Assembly (NCBI GenBank): GCA_020536535.1
Contig: JAHLWZ010000554.1
Location: 1-39,944, forward strand
DNA from: Pelomyxa schiedti
Taxonomy: Eukaryota; Protista; Evosea
Reading direction: 5' to 3'
Length of the DNA: 39,944 nt
This document shows, piece by piece, positions 37,022 to 39,944 of the stretch. Under the pieces are notes generated by a model. That model had not been told where the DNA came from. It did no database searches and saw only the letters and a list, made by a program, of their open reading frames with translations. The first letter of the stretch is position 1; each line of letters begins with the position of its first letter. Both the position numbers and the translations under genes were made by a program.

Positions 37022-38317
37022 TTATAGAAAGCAAAAGGGAGCGATGGTGAAAGATTGCCATTGATACGGAGCATCAAAGGTGACCACCACGACACCAGAC
37101 AGAGCATCGATCACGAGAATCCTCCCACGAGAGACTGCAAACAGGAATCCCCTGACACCAACAACCTGATCAAACCCATCATCGCAGCGAGTACCCCGCA
37201 GTGGTTGTTCCAAGTTGTTGCAGTCCCACAATTGATATGAATGGTCTGTACTACACCACACACAAAACATAGATGTGCTGACCTGCGTGAGGCTGCTGCA
37301 CCTGCGTGAGAGGCGTACCACGTTTCCTGTTTTGGCATCCACTGCAACCAGGTCAACATATTCCAGATAGAAATCCTTCCATTCACTCAGGATGAACACG
37401 ACATCGCCATTCGTCTTCCTCATCACCAGAGAATCACCAGAGGCGAACCCGGGATCCAAGTTGCACACTGAGACTGAGGCTCCCACTGCCACAAATATCT
37501 TTGATTTGTGTGTGAGTTCAACATCGAACAGAGTGAACTCCATGGTGGCTGCGCCACACAGAATGAAAAGTGCCTCGTCATCGACCATCTTGTTGAAAAC
37601 GACTCTGCACAGTGTGCGCTCCTTACCACTCCCAGGAAGAGGAACCAGTGTAGTATCGATTCCCACACTCTCTATTGCAGTTGGGTCATGCAGTGGAGCC
37701 TGCACCCAATCTCCAATTCTCTTGATGATCAGAGTCCTGAAGTGAGAGCTCTCTGGATCCAAAGGGTGAGCAACAAAAGCTACCCACTTGGAATTCGTCG
37801 CCTCTTCCTGAATGCCAGTCAAAACGCAAACTGACTGCGGCGCACCTATGGCATCGTCAGGGTTGTCAGGCACTTTGGTGAGCAAGAGCCTGGGCCCCGC
37901 CGTTTCCCACAGCACCTCGGCACCCACGTTGGGTGCTATCCACCGCTGCACACTGCAAGGCAGCACACCACACCGCGCATATTCGCGGCGTGGGGGCCGG
38001 CGTATCAGGCGCCCCCTGCACAGAGCCCCAGTGCCCACAGTGAACGAGATCGAGACGGGCAGGACCACCGAGTTGGCCTCGTAAACCACCAGGGCCATTC
38101 TTGAGCACCCAGCGAAGAAGGAGTCCCAGAACAGGCGAGCGAGGGACGGGCACGAGAACACGGGCCGCGCCGCGCTGCCGGCCCCGCACCGAGGCTGTGC
38201 CGAAGCGGCGATGGCGACGAACGCGGCGGCTGAGGGGGGCGTGGTGGCGTGGGGCGTCACCGAGAAGGCGAGGCCGGGTCGTGTCTCGACCTGTATTGTT
38301 TCGCGTTGGGTCGCCGT
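37022..38317 (-). CDS. Uncharacterised intronless paralogue family, copy 3; no in-frame ATG before the conserved motif (ACG at 38317 proposed)
   Basis: Intact frame of more than 410 codons with the family motifs. An upstream in-frame TAA lies at 38357-38359, with no ATG until about codon 55 of the listed ORF. Confidence 0.7.
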   Translation of the reverse strand, partial: TATQRETIQVETRPGLAFSVTPHATTPPSAAAFVAIAASAQPRCGAGSAARPVFSCPSLARLFWDSFFAGCSRMALVVYEANSVVLPVSISFTVGTGALCRGRLIRRPPRREYARCGVLPCSVQRWIAPNVGAEVLWETAGPRLLLTKVPDNPDDAIGAPQSVCVLTGIQEEATNSKWVAFVAHPLDPESSHFRTLIIKRIGDWVQAPLHDPTAIESVGIDTTLVPLPGSGKERTLCRVVFNKMVDDEALFILCGAATMEFTLFDVELTHKSKIFVAVGASVSVCNLDPGFASGDSLVMRKTNGDVVFILSEWKDFYLEYVDLVAVDAKTGNVVRLSRRCSSLTQVSTSMFCVWCSTDHSYQLWDCNNLEQPLRGTRCDDGFDQVVGVRGFLFAVSRGRILVIDALSGVVVVTFDAPYQWQSFTIAPFCFL

Positions 38318-38404
38318 GGGAGGGGTTGTTTGTGTACTGTTACAAGAAGTGGATGTTTATTGATCCTGGGATTAGTCTGTTGATCAAAAAAAAACCGTTG
38401 GCGG

Positions 38405-38828
38405 ATGGGCAACGAACACGCACGACAGGCAACTACTACTACTTCAGCAGCTGCAACGACATCCGCGGCTGTTGATGTGACCAACGTCGATGGTGGCGTG
38501 CCTCGAAGCAGGGACGAGGAAATCCAGCTGGCGAGACGTCGCGCCAAGCACAACGAAAAAATGGAAGCGAATTTCCTGGAACGGATCGGCACGAACAGCG
38601 CGGCGTGCGACCCCCACGGGCTAATCAGAGCCGCCGTGAAGGGCAACACCCATAAGTTGCGTGCCATACTCTCCTCCCTCCTCTCACATCATCACCATCA
38701 ACATCAACAACAACAGCAACAACAACACGCGTCGTCATCATCATCAACTTCTTCTTCTTCAACTTCACACACGGGGGTCAACACCACAACCGATTCCAAG
38801 GACGATGTGGCTGCATCTACGAATAAGA
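38405..38828 (+). CDS. 5' part of a probable ankyrin-repeat, possibly N-myristoylated protein, truncated by the assembly gap
   Basis: MGNEH start; LIRAAVKGNTHKLRAIL resembles the first ankyrin helix pair; poly-H/Q/S tract; runs into Ns. Confidence 0.5.
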
Positions 38829-38928
38829 NNNNNNNNNNNNNNNNNNNNNNNNNNNNNNNNNNNNNNNNNNNNNNNNNNNNNNNNNNNNNNNNNNNNNNNN
38901 NNNNNNNNNNNNNNNNNNNNNNNNNNNN
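38829..38928. other. Scaffold gap (100 N)
   Basis: Exactly 100 Ns, typical of an unknown-size placeholder. Confidence 0.99.
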
Positions 38929-39944
38929 TTCCTTTCTGGCCTAATCTACTTAGAAACTTGAAATGCAACTGTCTGAGTTCCAAACTCGTGTATAACAAAT
39001 GAATCACTTACTGTTCGAATAACGGGCTTAAGATAAACCAATTGGAATCGCAAACATCAACACAAGATCTCTCTGCGGCTCTCAAAGCTGAAGAGCAAAG
39101 AAGAGTCGAACTTCAAGAACGAACAACAAAACTCCTTCAAGCTGTCAAAGTGGAGCGGTTTTTTTCCTTTACAAATTACCTTCTCAATCTTTCATCGTTA
39201 AATTATATAACAGAGAAAACAAGAAAAAAGAAATGGATGCGTTAGAGATGCGGGCAATTAGTGCTGAAGAAAAATTGCAACAACTGTCAGCCGAGGTGGT
39301 GGAGTTGAAGACTCTCTCCAATACTCCCTCCACCAACAATTGCCAATGTGAAACCTTGCGTGAAGAGGTGGCACAGTTAAAGTCTGAATGTTCCGACTCG
39401 CAAAGGAAACTACAATTGCTGGCGAATAAAATCACTGAACAGCAGGGACATTCAGCAGAACAAGAGCGGAATGCAGCCCAATTGGCAAACGCACTGGAAG
39501 GCGAAACGGCACAACGAGAAAAGCTAAGTCGAACAATTGCTGAGTTGCACGAAGAGCTTCAAAAGAAAAATGAGAAAATAAGCTCGCTAGAAGAACAGAT
39601 TGCCTCTTCTGGTAACTCCGGAGGTAACCGAAAACAACAATACATTCCTCTCTCCTCACTCTAGTCAGATATTACCTCTTGGCCAATGCCCGCTACTCTC
39701 ACGCTGACATTACCACCAGAGTTTTCCTCAGCCCCACCTCCCCCACCGGGGCCACCCCCTCCACCACCACCTCCACCACCTCCAGCTGGGCCAAAGGCAC
39801 CTCTGAAGTTTACAAAGAAATCTGGTGGTTCCGCAGCCACTCCTGCCCAGCAAGATCAACCTTCTACAACTCAAACACCTGGTATGTGTATAATGCCTCT
39901 CACTTGTGTATTCTAACTCTTCTTATACCCCAGCGGCCCCTAAA
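38929..39944 (+). repeat. Near-identical second copy of 23597-24612 (part of the WH2 gene)
   Basis: Collinear without indels at offset 15332; about 21 substitutions in 1016 nt by manual count. Confidence 0.95.

Noticed and set aside
39662-39664. Nonsense mutation making the duplicate a pseudogene
   Set aside because: It falls in a probable 45-nt intron, so a pseudogene call is unsupported.

Overview
Gene-dense, intron-rich eukaryotic DNA; introns are mostly about 40-60 nt and GT-AG. IFT122 and IFT80 show a ciliated/flagellated organism. With the Rac, low-complexity tracts and expanded intronless families, a flagellated amoebozoan such as an archamoeba (Pelomyxa-like) is my best guess, by inference only. 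About 20 protein genes were reconstructed by hand: ankyrin-like protein (partial), membrane-anchored cathepsin-L-like protease, IFT122, a basic orphan, a stand-alone syntaxin-6 N-domain protein, an HNH-like Zn-finger protein, an RG-rich tandem-domain protein, IFT80, Rac, FIP1, SLC35B1-like transporter, a coiled-coil/poly-Pro/WH2 protein, RPA2, cullin-1, a GT2-like glycosyltransferase, three paralogues of an unknown family, an LNR-repeat GPI-type surface protein and a gap-truncated gene. After a 100-N gap there is a ~98% identical second copy of part of the WH2 gene. The strongest unexplained signal is a minor-spliceosome (U12-type) intron with non-canonical GT-AT ends next to an 11-nt microexon in IFT122. 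Other leads are GC-AG introns, candidate ciliary promoter motifs and a variable-core paralogue family near cullin-1. All exon structures are manual predictions without transcript data, and reference-protein alignments are from memory.
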